Below are positions 49,215 through 61,982 of a stretch of 64,000 nucleotides of DNA, one piece after another. Made by a program: the position numbers and the translations under genes. The notes below the pieces were generated by a model. It was not told the origin of the DNA. It saw only the letters and a list, made by a program, of their open reading frames with translations, and made no database searches. This DNA is from Malacoraja senta. Lineage: Eukaryota. The number at the start of each line of letters is the position of its first letter. Positions within the stretch are counted from its first letter, which is position 1. The stretch covers positions 21,702,001 to 21,766,000 of the forward strand of contig CM075989.1 in the NCBI GenBank assembly GCA_038087875.1. The letters run 5' to 3'.

Positions 49215-50735
49215 AGGCACGGTGGCGCAGTTGGTAGAGCTGCTGTCCCAGAGACCTGGGTTCAATCCTGAACTTTGGTGCTGTCTGTGTTGAGCTTGCA
49301 CGTTCTCCCTGTGACCGCGTGGGATTTCCTCGGGTGTTCAAGTTCAATAGAGTTTATTGCCATGTGTCCCTGATAGGACAATGAAATTCTTGCTTTGCTT
49401 TAGCACAACAGAACATAGTCAGCACGAATACAGAACTGATGTAGGTATGTTACAATACTTGCCTTCAGCGGCGCTGTAATTCTGCCACTGGCCGTGTGCG
49501 CGATTTTGGCGCCTTTAAGGGGGGGCGGGGTTAAAACGCGGGTTTCTCCTCCCTTGTCCTGAATTATACTTTGTTGGAGTACCAGCTTCTCTGGAAGAAG
49601 CGTTCCGGGTGCCGTTTTGCGTAGTTTGTTTTAAAAATCTCCCAACAAGTTCAGCGTTGGAATCATTTAAAATCATCTTCTGAAGCGTCAACGCCAACAA
49701 CGGGGACGGATTTCACACACGGGAAAGGTAAACGAAAGTGCTTTATTTTAATGTATAAACGTTCTCGTTAAGAGGCCTTTAATTCACATTTTTACATGCG
49801 ACACGGTGATTTTATTCCCCGAATTAACGGCAGAATTTTTCATGCCAATACGGGGTTAAATTCACCGCAAATGAACGTTCCAAAAGATCGCGTTTCAGAA
49901 AACCTCACTCGCAAGATGAATTAAATCCCCATTAATTTACAGGTATTAAACATTCAATTCCTTCCATTTGGCCTGTAAATTCATGAAAATTAGATTTAAA
50001 AATTATGTTATATTGTGAATTATTGTGTGAATGTTATTTGGACACTTAGGCTATTTAAAAATGTTCATCTATTCTTAAGAAATTGATAGATGTTTAGATC
50101 TAGTAATTGAATTTTGTAATTAGCTACAATTAGGTAACTAACTAATTATATGCTTTACTTTCATGTCTTCGAAGTAAGATTGTTTCATATTTGTTTCAGA
50201 ATGCTTCAATCTATAATAACTGAAAATTTCTTTCAGTTATCATAATTTTTAAGAAAGTTATGGGCTTTTGACTGTCCTCGATCACAGCTTTTGTGTTAAG
50301 TCAATGGAAAAGCAATAGGGAACTAGATGCTAATTTCTGAGTATGATAATGGCCATAACATCTTTAATACTGAAGATATGAAAGTGAATTAAGTGTCAAA
50401 TTAAACTTCTTTTTATGCTTTATCTGATGGGATAAATTGCAGACTTTATTTTTAAAATCTCAAAATTTTGTAACATTGCTAATCAGTGTGTCCATATACC
50501 ATTGTATATTCCAGTTTCCAGTTTATATTGTATATTCCAGTATATTACATTGTATATTCCAGTTTCCTCCCACATCCCAAAGATGTGCGGGTTTGTAGGT
50601 TAACTCCAAATGTACAGGGAGTGGATGAGAAAGTGCATTAACATAGAATGTGAATAAGTTATCAATGGTTGGCATGGACTCAGTGGGCCAAACGTCCTGT
50701 TTTCATGTTTTGTCTCTTAACTAATCTAAACTAAA
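49215..50735 (+). mobile_element. HE1/V-SINE-type SINE split by a reverse LINE-tail fragment and a DNA element
   Basis: Head and V-domain start at 49215-49338; V-domain resumes ~50558; Rex1-like reverse tail ~49339-49440 continuing after 50481. Confidence 0.75.
49442..50481. mobile_element. Non-autonomous DNA transposon with TAG...CTA termini (Academ-like)
   Basis: TAGGTATGTTACAA / TTGTAACATTGCTA (12 of 14); flanks ATG/ATC; GC-rich left, AT-rich right. Confidence 0.6.
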
Positions 50736-51734
50736 ACGAAATAAAATATTGATCAAGCAATGAACTAACTTTGAAGTGCAGTCACCGGTTGTGGTCGGGA
50801 ATTTGTGGCAACCCATTTGCAAATTACCTCAATCAACAATGTCATAAGTTAACCTATGACGAGCGTTTGTTGGCACTGGGCCTATACTCACTGGAGGAGG
50901 CACCTCATTGAAACGTACAGAATAGTGAAAGGCCTGGATAGAGTAGATGTGGAGAGGATGCTTCCACTAGTGCGATTCCTCCTTGATTATGCTGCTGGCC
51001 TTGCCGAGGCAGCATGCTCCTATCTGGCACAAAGTACAGAAGGTTGAAGCTGGAAAGCATGCACCACCAGCCTCTGGAACAGCATCTTCTGCCCTGATAA
51101 CAGTCCAAATGGTCCTTCCATAAGCTAAAGTAATTCTTCTCCACCCCATTGCGGACATTGGACTTTGTCAATTGAACGGATGCACTACTAACTTGCTCCG
51201 TCTATTGGACTTGAGTTTGACTTGATTGTATTTAGCTAGAGTATTATCTGGCCTGTTTGGATAGCAGGCAAAACAAAACCTTTCACTGTACCTCTGTACA
51301 CGTGGCCCTACAAGATCTAAAACTAAACTTGAACCGCTGGATTATGAAAACACACACCCAGCATGAGATGATTACTGGCACCAACATTCCCATCTGCTGT
51401 ACAGTAACAGAGAAGGTTTTCTTCAGACGATCAAACCAACATGGGTATCATCACCTCGGGCAATCGCTTGCCGATGAAGGTCTTATCAATGATAGTCCCT
51501 TAAGTGCCCAAAAGAGACCCTGCATTAAGTGCACCTGGTCATAAGTACCATGACAATGTTTTTCCACGCTGACCTTAAAAACTTTGCTTTTGGAAGCCAG
51601 ATGTTAACTCTGAGTTACAAGCATATTTTAAAGATGCTTTTCCTCAGCTTCCACTCAGGAGATCAGGCCATTCACCATTCTGCCGGTGCTCTCCCTTCCC
51701 TCCGGAGCAGAGATACGTGGATCCTGAACAGATC

Positions 51735-51960
51735 GCACACGCACACACATGCACACTCGCATGCATGAGCATGCATGCACACACATGCACACTCACATGC
51801 ACACACAAACACACTCACGTGCACACTCACATGCACACCCACACACATGCACACTTGCATCCACTCTCACACACTCACACTTGCGCACTCGCATCACACG
51901 CGCACACACAAACACACTCGCATGCACACTCACATGCACACTCACAACCACTCACACACA
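51735..51960. repeat. Degenerate (CA)n-rich low-complexity tract
   Basis: Direct inspection. Confidence 0.9.
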
Positions 51961-52076
51961 AATAGCCTGAACACCTTGTATTCATCTGCAGTCAATTCAC
52001 TTTGACACTGCAGATCATTTACGCATACTCATAGGCATACACACACTCCAAAGACATACAAGTTTGTAGATTAAAA

Positions 52077-52293
52077 TGTGTAGGAAGGAACTGCAGATAC
52101 TGATTTAAACCGAAGATGGACACAAAATGCTGGAGTAACTCGGGCGGGACAGGCAGCGTCTTTGGAGAGAAGGAATGGGCAACATTTTGGGTCAGTCTGA
52201 AGAAGGGTTTCGACCACGAAACGTCACCCATTTCTTCTCTCCAGAGATGCTGCCCGTCCCGCTGAATTACTCCAGCATTTTGTGTCTATCTTC
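52077..52293. mobile_element. Penelope-derived fold-back inside a SINE
   Basis: Inverted arms; core CTGAAGA...GAAACGTC at ~52197 with altered helix II. Confidence 0.78.
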
Positions 52294-52923
52294 AAGTTTG
52301 CGGGTCAATTGGCTTGGTATAAATGTAAATTGTCCCAAGTGTGTTGGATAGTGTTAGTGTGCGGGGATCGCTGGTCGGTGCGGACTTGGCTGGACGAAGG
52401 GCCTGTTTCCGCGCTGAATATCTAAACTAAACTAAACATACCTAGGAAGATAGCTCTACCCAGTGACATGTGTGTTCTGGATTATTGTTCAGTTCTCGAA
52501 TGGATGTGTGCATGCAGGCAATTATATCCTGCACCTCAGGGACGTTTGCAAGGCAATAAAAGTGCAGCTGTCACTGGTGCTGCTGTAGGGCAGCTAATGA
52601 AGCTGATGTACTTCGCTGCATGGTGAAGCAGCTCTTTAGTCACATCCTCCATGTACCAATTGACCGCATCACAACTTACGTCTGATCTGTCTCCTGTGGG
52701 TGCCTGCAATGTACCAGCGGTGTAAAGATTTAAAGTAGTAATAACCTTCATTCCCACTAATGTACCTGTGCAGTTTTGGTGAGAAAGATGACTCACTGCG
52801 CCTTACTAAGCCTAGACTTTATCAGGTACTTTCTCCCCACCATCTTCTCGAAGCCTCACCTTAAATCCTCATCCCTCATTCTCTTAATTTAATAATTTCA
52901 CCATACCTCCCAGACTCTGATAG

Positions 52924-53117
52924 CTCTCTCCCCCCTCTCTCTCCCTTTCTTCCCTTCCCCCCTTCCCTCCCCCTCTCCCCCTCTCCCCCCTCTCCCCCTT
53001 CTCCCCCTCTCCCCCTCTCCCCTCTCCCCCCTCTCCCCCTCTCCCCCTCTCCCCCTCTCCCCCTCTCCCCCTCTCCACCTCTCCACCTCTCCACCTCTCC
53101 CCCTCTCCCCCTCCTCC
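52924..53117. repeat. Polypyrimidine tract, (CCCCTCTC)n-like
   Basis: Direct inspection. Confidence 0.95.
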
Positions 53118-54261
53118 AAAGTTAGTAGCAATGTTGGGTGCAGCCAACTAGAGAATTAACATTTCCTGTGCTCACAAACTCTGTCTTAGAACCAATGTAA
53201 TCTTCAATGTGATTTCATATTAATCTTGGAGAAAGAGTCTTGGAAGACATTTATTTACAAGGTTCCACACACAAAAGAGAAAGTCTGGTTTGTTTCCATT
53301 ATTTCATTACGGCTCTCAGAGAAATCCAACCTAGTAATCCAGGGGGCAGCTCAGTGGCACAGCCACAGTTTGCTGTCTTACAGCTCCAGAGACCCACATT
53401 CGATCCTGACCATGGCTTGTCACTGCACCTCGGTACATGTGACGATAATAAACTTAAACCTAAGCCACTTATAACTGGGTCAACACTAAATATAGACACC
53501 AAATGGCAGCATATCTAGAGAGAAGGAGTGGGTGATGTTTCGGGTCGAGACCCTTCTTCAGACTCTAGGTATGGTTGCAAACTATGGCCAATTGCGTTTG
53601 ACTGTGATATGAAATAGTGGCAGGAAAGCACTTGGTGATCTTTCCAAGATAGAATCTTCCATTGATTCTTTACTTCACCCCTTGCTCAAGTATTTACTAA
53701 GCATCTACTTGAAGTAATCCTAATACCCCCATAGAACACTCCAATCCTAAATGGGCCACTTCTCGTGACTGACTGCAGTAATCACTTGCTCTTCAGCACA
53801 ACCGTAGATTTTTATCTGCGGCTGCCTTCATGTTTGGGAGTTTCCTGTATTTTTACGTGGAGATTGCAGGTTCCAGCCAAGAAGGTCAAACCTTTAGGGC
53901 ATAGCGTCACAGAATACCGCTGTCGCCCTTTATGTCATCAAATGCCTCTATTAAACCTAAACAAATTCTCGATTAGAACGGGTGTCAAGGGTTATGGGGG
54001 TGAAGGCATGAAAGTCGGATTAGGAGGCAGAGTGTACTCGATGGGCTGAATGGCTCCTATAACTTGTGAATTAAACGGTGACCCCTGTAAACATCTTTCA
54101 TTCCAGAGTGAATCTCAACAAAACAAAACTGTAAAAATGGGGGAGAAAAATAAAGTTATAATAGTTAGAAAATGAAGCAGACATGTGAAGAAATTACATC
54201 AAATCTACTGAAGTCGGGCAATCAATAGGATTAATACCTTGGAGAAGTGTAGAGAAGTGAA

Positions 54262-54471
54262 GGGCGGCTGAGTGGTGCAGCGGTAGAGTTGCTGCCTCAC
54301 AGTGCCAGAGACCTGGATTCGATCCCGACTATGGATGCTGTCCGTACGGAGTTTGTTCGTTTTAACTCCGTGATCTGCATGCGTTTTTTTCCGGGTGCTC
54401 CGGTTTCCTCCCACACTCTGAAGATCTGCCAGTTTGTAGGTTAATTGGCTTGGTATAATTATAAGTTGTCC

Positions 54472-54502
<31 letters not shown>

Positions 54503-54603
54503 AGGATAGCGTTAGTGCGCGGGAATCGCCGGTCGGCATGGACTCGGTGCGCTGAATGGCCTGTTTCCGGGCTGTATCTCTAAACTAAACGGAAACTAAA
54601 CTG
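54262..54603 (+). mobile_element. HE1/V-SINE-type SINE with (GT)n expansion
   Basis: Head, V-domain, tail. Confidence 0.9.
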
Positions 54604-55074
54604 GAAAAGGGTTAAAGCAACTCCGGAGGACATTAATATAACAAGGCGTGGTGTAGGTTTCGGACTGAACAAATCATTTACGGATCCATTTCTCATTATG
54701 AACATCACTGGATTTGAGACCCAATGTGGCAATTGCTGAATTAGAAACTGTGCATCATATCGGTGACATAAGTGGTAAAAGATAGGCAATTAACTGGAGA
54801 ATGAACAAGTACACTGAATAACATCTGTGAACACATAACGTCATTAAACACAACTGTCACTAGTCTGCAAGATTATACCAATGTTTAAGTGCATGCACAA
54901 ATACATCAAGATATGCATTTAGAGCCATTTTTTGTGAACATTACACATGAGAATGGTTTCTACACTCTGAGCGAGTCAGACTACATGGTCAGGGAGGATA
55001 GTGGGAGCAAAGTCAATTGTGGACTCCAAAAGAAAATGTGTAGCCATCTGAAGGAAAGGAGTATCCAGGACGAG

Positions 55075-55820
55075 AGGCGGCATGGTGGCGCAGCGGTAGT
55101 GTTGCTGGCTTCACCCGCCAGAGCCCCGGGTCGCTGGCTTCACCCGCCAGAGCCCCGGGTCCCATCCTGACTACGGGTGCTGTCTGTACTTTCTTCTTGT
55201 GACTATGGGTTTTCTCCGGGCGCTTCGGTTTCCTCCCTCATTCCAAAGACGAACAGGATTGTAGGTTAATTGGCTTCAGCAACATTTAGTTTAGTTAGGA
55301 GATACAGCGCGGAAACAGGCCCTTCGGCCCACCGAGTCTGCACCGTCCAGCGATCCCCGCACACTAGCACTATCCTACACACACTAGGGACATTTTACAA
55401 TTTTACCAAAGTCAATTAACCTATAACCTGTACGCTTTGGGAGTGTCGGGAGGAAACTGGAGCACCCGGAGAAAACCCACTCCGGTCACGGGGAGAACGT
55501 ACAATAGACAATAGGTGCAGGGGTAGGCCATTCGGCCTTCAAGCCAGCACTGCCATTCAATGTGATCATGGCTGATCATCCACAATCAGTACCCGTTCCT
55601 GCCTTTTTCCCCATATCCCCTGACTCCGCTATCTTCAAGAAAGTATCCAGAAAACTGGCCTCCACTGCCCTCCGAGGCAGAGAATTCCACAGACTCACCA
55701 CTCTCTGTGTGGAAAAAGTGTTTCCTCATCACAAACTCCATACAGACACCCACAGTAAGGATCAAACCTGTGTCTCTGGTGCTGTAAGGCAGCAACTCTA
55801 CCGCTGCACCACCTTGCTGC
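55075..55820. mobile_element. Opposed SINE pair; minus copy split by a CR1 fragment (~55505-55729)
   Basis: Plus copy ~55075-55280 has a tandem duplication in its head; ACAA repeated around the CR1 insert. Confidence 0.8.
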
Positions 55821-57108
55821 CCTTGTTCTAACCTAGTTCCACTTGTCCGCGTTTGGCCTGTAGCCCTCTAGGACTTTCTTATTCATGTACCTGTCCAAGT
55901 GTCATTTAAATGTTGTTATTGTACCCGCCTCATCTACTTCCTCTGGCCTCTTGAAGCACTGTAGACATTGTGATGAAGGTACTCCCGCACACTATTGGGA
56001 TAAGGAAATCGGGGCACCCAGAGAAAACCAGGAGATCACAGGCAGAATGTACAAACTCCATACAGACAGCACCCGCGGGTAGGATCGAACCCGGGTCTGT
56101 GGCGCTGTGAGGCAACGACTCTACCCCTGCGCTAACTTCAAACAAGCTTTTTTTTTTAAAAGCTAATTTTAGTTTCTCCCGTTCATGGCTATACAGATGT
56201 CAGCACAAACTCGCACTGAAAGCTTGCTGCTCTTTTGTCCTGATCTGATTTTCTGTTCCCACTGTTGTCCTGAATGTTGACTTTGCTGTCTTTGTGTTAT
56301 CCTGGGGCCCGAGAGTGTCTTTTGTTTACTCTCCTGTGCCCTAGCACCAGAGAGCATAAAACACATCCATCACCACATGTTAGTGAACTGTAGATTAACA
56401 GCCAGAAGGTCACGATGGAGGCATGTTATACCTGTACAGTTCACAGTGACAGGTATGGCAACTTGCAGCTTTAATGGTCTATATCCAATTGGCATTAAAA
56501 GAGAGAGCCTGAACAAACAAAATCAATCCAGCCAGGCTGCTTTGGACACATGTAGGGCTTGAAACAATGTTGTAATCAGCCTGAAATTAGCTTTCTGATG
56601 TATAGGTCCCTTTTTAATAGCCAACTGAAAAGAAAACAAAACAGGCACATTATTAAAAAACAGCTGTTGCTCCTGGGAACGAGAAATTTAGACTTGGGAG
56701 ATTTAAGCAGCCGGGCCTTTAGTCTGGAGTGAATTTCTGTAAAATGAGCATAATTGCAGATTATTACCAGAACTGGATATTGTGCAGAATATGTCAGGTT
56801 AATGTGCTGGCCCTGGTCAAGCCGGTGTCAAAAGGGTAGTTTCACTGAGTGAGGCTGAAACAAAGGGCAAGATTCGAGATGTAAATGAATTAATTCAGTT
56901 GGACGTGAAGTTCAGTTTCATGGAGGCACAAGAAGCTGTGGATGTTGGAATCTTGAACAAAAAACAAAGTGCTAGACAAACTCAACAGTTCAGGCAGCAA
57001 ATGTGTGGAGGGACTGGAGAGGCATTAAGTTTAATGTTTCTTTACATCCTATATGTTAAAGGTTAAAAAAAATACTTTGGGAAGACTTTTGTTCCAATTG
57101 AGAAGTTA

Positions 57109-57592
57109 AGGGGCTGTCCCACTGCAGCGACCTAATTGGCCAGTTTAGAAGAGTTTGCCCTCGACTCATACTCGCAGCATGGTCGACACGAGGTCCTAGG
57201 AGGTCTTTGTAACTCTCCTTCATGCTCGAGAGTGGTCCCCGCATACTCAAGGCCTCAGCTAGGTCGCGGCGTATTTTTCAACATGCTGAAAAATGCCCGC
57301 GAGTAAAAAAAGGTCGCCATGGAAAAAATCTATTTTTTTTACTCGTAGGTTTAGTCGAAGTAGGTTGGCATGTTATTCGCAGGTAATCGAGGGTAGTCGA
57401 AGGTAGTTGTAGATAGTCTTCAACGGTCGAAGGAGGTCATCTTCACTCTCCACTATTCGGTGTCCAATTTTCCCGAAGCTAGTCAAAACTAGTCTTCTAC
57501 ATAATCGAAGGAGGTCTTCAAAATGACACTTTTCAAACTCTCCTAAACTCTTCTAAACTCAGCAATTAGGTCGCCGCAGTGGGACAGGCCCT
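57109..57592. mobile_element. PIF/Harbinger-type MITE (390 family)
   Basis: AGGGGCTGTCCCACTGCAGCGACCTAATTG / CAATTAGGTCGCCGCAGTGGGACAGGCCCT; TTA TSD. Confidence 0.88.
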
Positions 57593-57597
57593 TTAGG

Positions 57598-57888
57598 CTT
57601 TAATGATACAGCGCGAAACAGGCCCTTCGTCCCACTGAGTCCGCGCCGACCAGCGATCGTCCTGTAGACTAACTCCATCCAACACACTTTGGACTATTTA
57701 CAATTTTACCAACAAACCTGTACATATGTGGAGTGTGGGATGAAACCTAAGCCCCCGGAGAAACCCTACGCAGGTCACGGGGAGAAGGTACAAACTCCGC
57801 ACAGACAGCGCCTACGGTCAGGATTGAACCCGGATCTCTAGCGCTGTAAGGCAGCAACTCTACCGCTGCACCACCCTCCTGTGCCGCC
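57598..57888 (-). mobile_element. HE1/V-SINE-type SINE
   Basis: Reverse-complement tail, V-domain, head. Confidence 0.88.
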
Positions 57889-58384
57889 CGACAATGGAAG
57901 GATTCTCTCCGTTTATGCCAATTGGATGTAGACCATTAAAGTAGCAAGTTGTCATACTTGTCTCAATGAACTGTACAGGTGTAATCTTACTGCATTGTGA
58001 CCTTTTAGCTGACCTTTCATCATTGACTTAGTCTGCTGGGTTTTAAAGGAGGAAGGTATAACTAGGTTTCAGGTTTATTCTTGTCACCTATACTAAGGTA
58101 CAGTGAAAAGCTTTTACTTGTGTTTTTCCCAATCAAATCAAAAAATACTAGACGCGAATATAATGGAGCCAAATAGGAGTACGTCGGGTACAGCGAAGAG
58201 AAAAGTACCTGAGTGCAGAAACAGTGCTGGATTTACTAGCGGAAAAGAGATTTAAAAATGTTGGGGTGATTGTAATGGGTGAAAGTAGGTCTTCCACTGA
58301 GACCAAACCACAAAGAATGACTATGCTCATATGCCACCTTGAAGACCAGGACCAATTCTATCATGTGTAGCCGGGACTCGTAAA

Positions 58385-58800
58385 CCTGAGCTATCGGGAG
58401 AGGCTCGTCAGGCTAAGACTTTATTCCTCGGAGTGCAGGAGGATGAGGGGTGATTTTATAGAGGTGTAGAAGATCATGAGGAGAATAGATAGGGTGAAGG
58501 CACATAGTATTGTACACAGAGTAGAAGAACCAATAACCAGAGGACACGGGTTTCACGTGAGAGGGGAAAGATTTAATGAAAAACTGAGGGGCAAATTTTT
58601 CACTCAGTGGATGATGGGTGTATGGAACGAGCTGCCAGGTGAGGTAGTTGAGGCAGGTACAATCACATCATTTAAAAGACATATGGGCAGGTACATGGAT
58701 GGGAAAAGGTTTAGCGGGATGCGTGTAGATGGAGCATTTTGGTCGACATGGGCAAGTTGGGCGGAAGAGCCTGTTTCCGTGCTGTGTGCCTCTATGACTC
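58385..58800 (+). mobile_element. CR1 LINE 3' fragment
   Basis: LSYRERLVRL...RGKFFTQWMMGVWNELPGEVVEAGT. Confidence 0.9.
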
Positions 58801-59700
58801 TACCCATGCCTTGTCTACCCACGGGGAAATGCCTGTACTTAATGTGTGACCCAGGTAAACCCCTAACGGGCTCAATGGGATTAATTTGATATCATTCCCA
58901 TAACTTCCCAGAGGGAGGATTCCTGACTCTCTCTTTCCCCATATGCTCACACACACACACACATACACAGAGGAATGAATAACCGGAGGACATGGGTTTA
59001 AGGTGAGAGCGGAAAGATTGAATAGAAACCCCAGGGGCAAATGTTTCATTCAGAGGGTGATGGGTGTATGGAACGAGCTGCCAGATGATGGGAAATGGGT
59101 GTATGGAACGCCCAATCTAACATTTATTTTCTTCACGTTCCTTGCGCCTCTTATTCCACAGTAAGACCATTCCATAACGGCGGCTTCTCATCAGTCGTTG
59201 GTGCCAACAAAATATCAAAGTTAATGTGAGGAATATAAACAATGCACAGTGATTTATAGTTTGTTTTAATCAGATGTCCGTGGTCATTAGACCCTGCAGG
59301 GTATCCATATGGAGTGTCATCAGAGGCCTGGCACTCTATCATTGGACCATCCCAATTATAAATGAACGCAGTATAATTGTAATGTTAACACAATACTAAT
59401 TGATAAACATTTTTGCTTCCATCAATAAGGATCGGGGAGAGCCACCATTTAATTATATGTGCTCCCTTTCCCCCAGCAAGGTGAGACAAGAATTATTGCA
59501 ATGTGCCAGGAATCTGCTACAGAAAAAAACTCTGGAGTGCTTGGCATTTCTTTGTGTTTAGCAAAGCTTATTTTTTGCTCATTTTTTGGCAGCCTTTTAT
59601 GTGCTTGGTAGTCTTGTTTAAGATAACTGCTCCCTTGTGTTTGCTTAAGTTTCAGTAAGAGCCAACTGTTTAATACACCTTTAACAAATTCTTTGACATC

Positions 59701-59702
<2 letters not shown>

Positions 59703-59738
<36 letters not shown>

Positions 59739-59753
59739 TGTGTGTGTGTGTGT
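59703..59753. repeat. (TG)n microsatellite
   Basis: Direct inspection. Confidence 0.97.
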
Positions 59754-60112
59754 TTCAACCACCTGGTAGTTTTTTTTTCTCTCAGTGGGGTTCCTGAGTT
59801 AGATCGCTGTTGTACCAGCCAGCCTTCAAAGGGTTAGGTCACTTAGTATTAATTCTAAAGATCAAGTGGGCAGGCTGTAGGGTTACCACAAACAGAGCCC
59901 AGCCTTATCTCTGCCAGTTGTCACTCAGCAAATTCCGACAAGCACCAAGTGACTTTTGGCAGGCACCTCTGATCAGCAAGCAATGCTCGTAAGCTCTCGG
60001 TTATAGCCAATATCGTTGTTTCTCCTGCACCTGCACACCCCTGCCGACTTTAACCCTTCAAGCTATAGGTGCACCTGATGAACCTCCAATTTTGTCTGGG
60101 ATTTTTGATAAA

Positions 60113-60668
60113 AACATAGAAAATAAGTGTAGGAGTAGGCCATTCGGCCCTTCGAGCCAGCACCGCCATTCATTGTGATCACGGCTGATCGTCCCCAATC
60201 AATAACCCGTGCCTGCTTTCTCCCCATATCCCTTGACTCCACCAGCCCCTAGAGCTCTATCTAACTCTCTCTTAAATCCATCCAGTGCTTTGGCCTCCAC
60301 TGCCCTCTGTGGCAGGGAATTCCACAAATGTGTGGAAGGATGTGAAGGTCAGTGGGGCGGCACGGTGACGCAGCGGTAGAGTTGCTGCCTTTCAGCGGCA
60401 GAGACCCGGGTCCGATCCCAACTGCGGGTGCTGTCCGTACGGACTTTGTACGTTCTCCCTGTAACCGCGTGGGTTTCCCCCCGTGTTCTCCGGTTTCCTC
60501 CCACACGCCAAAGGCGTACAGGTTTGCAGGTTAATTTAGATTTGGTTAAAAAATAAATGTAAATGGTCCCTAATCTGCAGCATAGTTCCAGTGTAGGTGG
60601 ATCGCTGGTCGGTGTGGACTCGGTGGGCCGAAGGGCCAGTTTCCACACTGTATCTCTAAACTAAATTA
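60113..60668. mobile_element. Minus CR1 3' end (~60113-60330) followed by plus SINE (~60354-60668)
   Basis: CR1 UTR reverse complement; SINE head, V-domain, tail. Confidence 0.88.
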
Positions 60669-60946
60669 AAATGATTATGCTGTGAGAATTCATTTAAATG
60701 TTATGATTTCCATTTCATCTAATCCAGTGGAAAGGCAATTTTTCACGTAATAAACATTGTGATAATCTATCAAATAAATTCTTAAATATAATCCTAGATT
60801 GGCCATGAATAAACAAGTAAGTAAATGCAGATGGAGTGTTTATTAATGATGGTCACTAATCGTGACAACATACAGACAGCACCCGTAGTCGGGATCGAAC
60901 CCGGTTGTCTGGCGCTGTGAGGCAGCAACTCTACCGCTGTGCCAAG

Positions 60947-61127
60947 GAAAGACACAGAGTGCTGGAGTAACTCAGCGGGTCAGGCAGCATCTCTAGAGAA
61001 AATGGATGGGTGATGTTTCGGGTCAGGACCCTTCATCAGTCTGAAGAAGTGTCCTGACCCGAAATGTTACCCATCCTTTTTCTCCAGAGATGCTGCCTGA
61101 CCCCCTGAGTTACTCCCAGCACTTTGC
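60947..61127. mobile_element. Penelope fold-back with two back-to-back hammerhead cores
   Basis: ...TTTCGGGTCAGGACCCTTCATCAG-T-CTGAAGAAGTGTCCTGACCCGAAA... Confidence 0.8.
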
Positions 61128-61616
61128 GTAGAGTTCATATATTGTTCCTTTCTGTTTGTTTTGGACTCTTTCTTTCTCTGAAGTGTACAAGGTGGCAGGA
61201 ATCATTGGTGCCCATTAGAGCACTTGGCTGGATTTGCAGTTTGATCTTGAAACAGTTTGACTCCCCCCCCCCCCCCCACATTAACAGAGGCAGTGGTGTT
61301 TGATCATTGATTCTCAGCCTTTCAGCAGTGGCTCCTGAGGCGGGGAAAATGGTTCAATATTTCTCTACATGTACCAAAGTACAGTGAAAGTCTTATTATT
61401 TGCCTGCAGATCAGTCCGATTATTGCCACACACAAGTACAATCCCTGATTGAGTACGGACAGCATAGAAACAGCCCACTGTGTCGATAATGGGCAGCATT
61501 GAATATTACTTGGGTATATTCAGAGTTTGTGAGCACAGGAAATGTTAATTCTACAGCTGGCAGCAAACAACATTGCTACAAACTTTTCTAAAGTCTTGAT
61601 TTCTCTTACAAATCTG

Positions 61617-61933
61617 CTCGGTGACGCAGCGGTAGAGTTGCTGCCTTACAGCACCAGGGACCCGAGTTTGATCCTGACCTCCGGCTCTGTCCGTGCGGAG
61701 TTTGTACTTTCTCCCCGTGACCACGTGGGTTTTCTCCGGGTGCTCTGGTTTCCTCCCACATTCCGAAGACGTAACAGGTTTGTGGGTTAATTGGCTTCTG
61801 CAATTTGCCCCTAGTGTGTAGGATGAGCAAGCGGGATAACACAGAAGCTAGTGTCGGGGTGATCATTGGTCGGCGCAGACTCGGTGGGCCAAAGAGCCGG
61901 TTTCTGTGCTGTACCTCTAAACCAAACCAAACA
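61617..61933 (+). mobile_element. HE1/V-SINE-type SINE
   Basis: Head, V-domain, tail. Confidence 0.88.
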
Positions 61934-61982
61934 AAATAAGAGTCGCCAATTTTTTTGACGCCATTTTTAAAGCATCCTCTGA

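Larger units (their letters stand above)
56399..58011. repeat. 97-bp ungapped inverted repeat pair (56399-56495 / 57915-58011)
   Basis: Manual alignment: 80/97 identical, no gaps. Confidence 0.9.
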
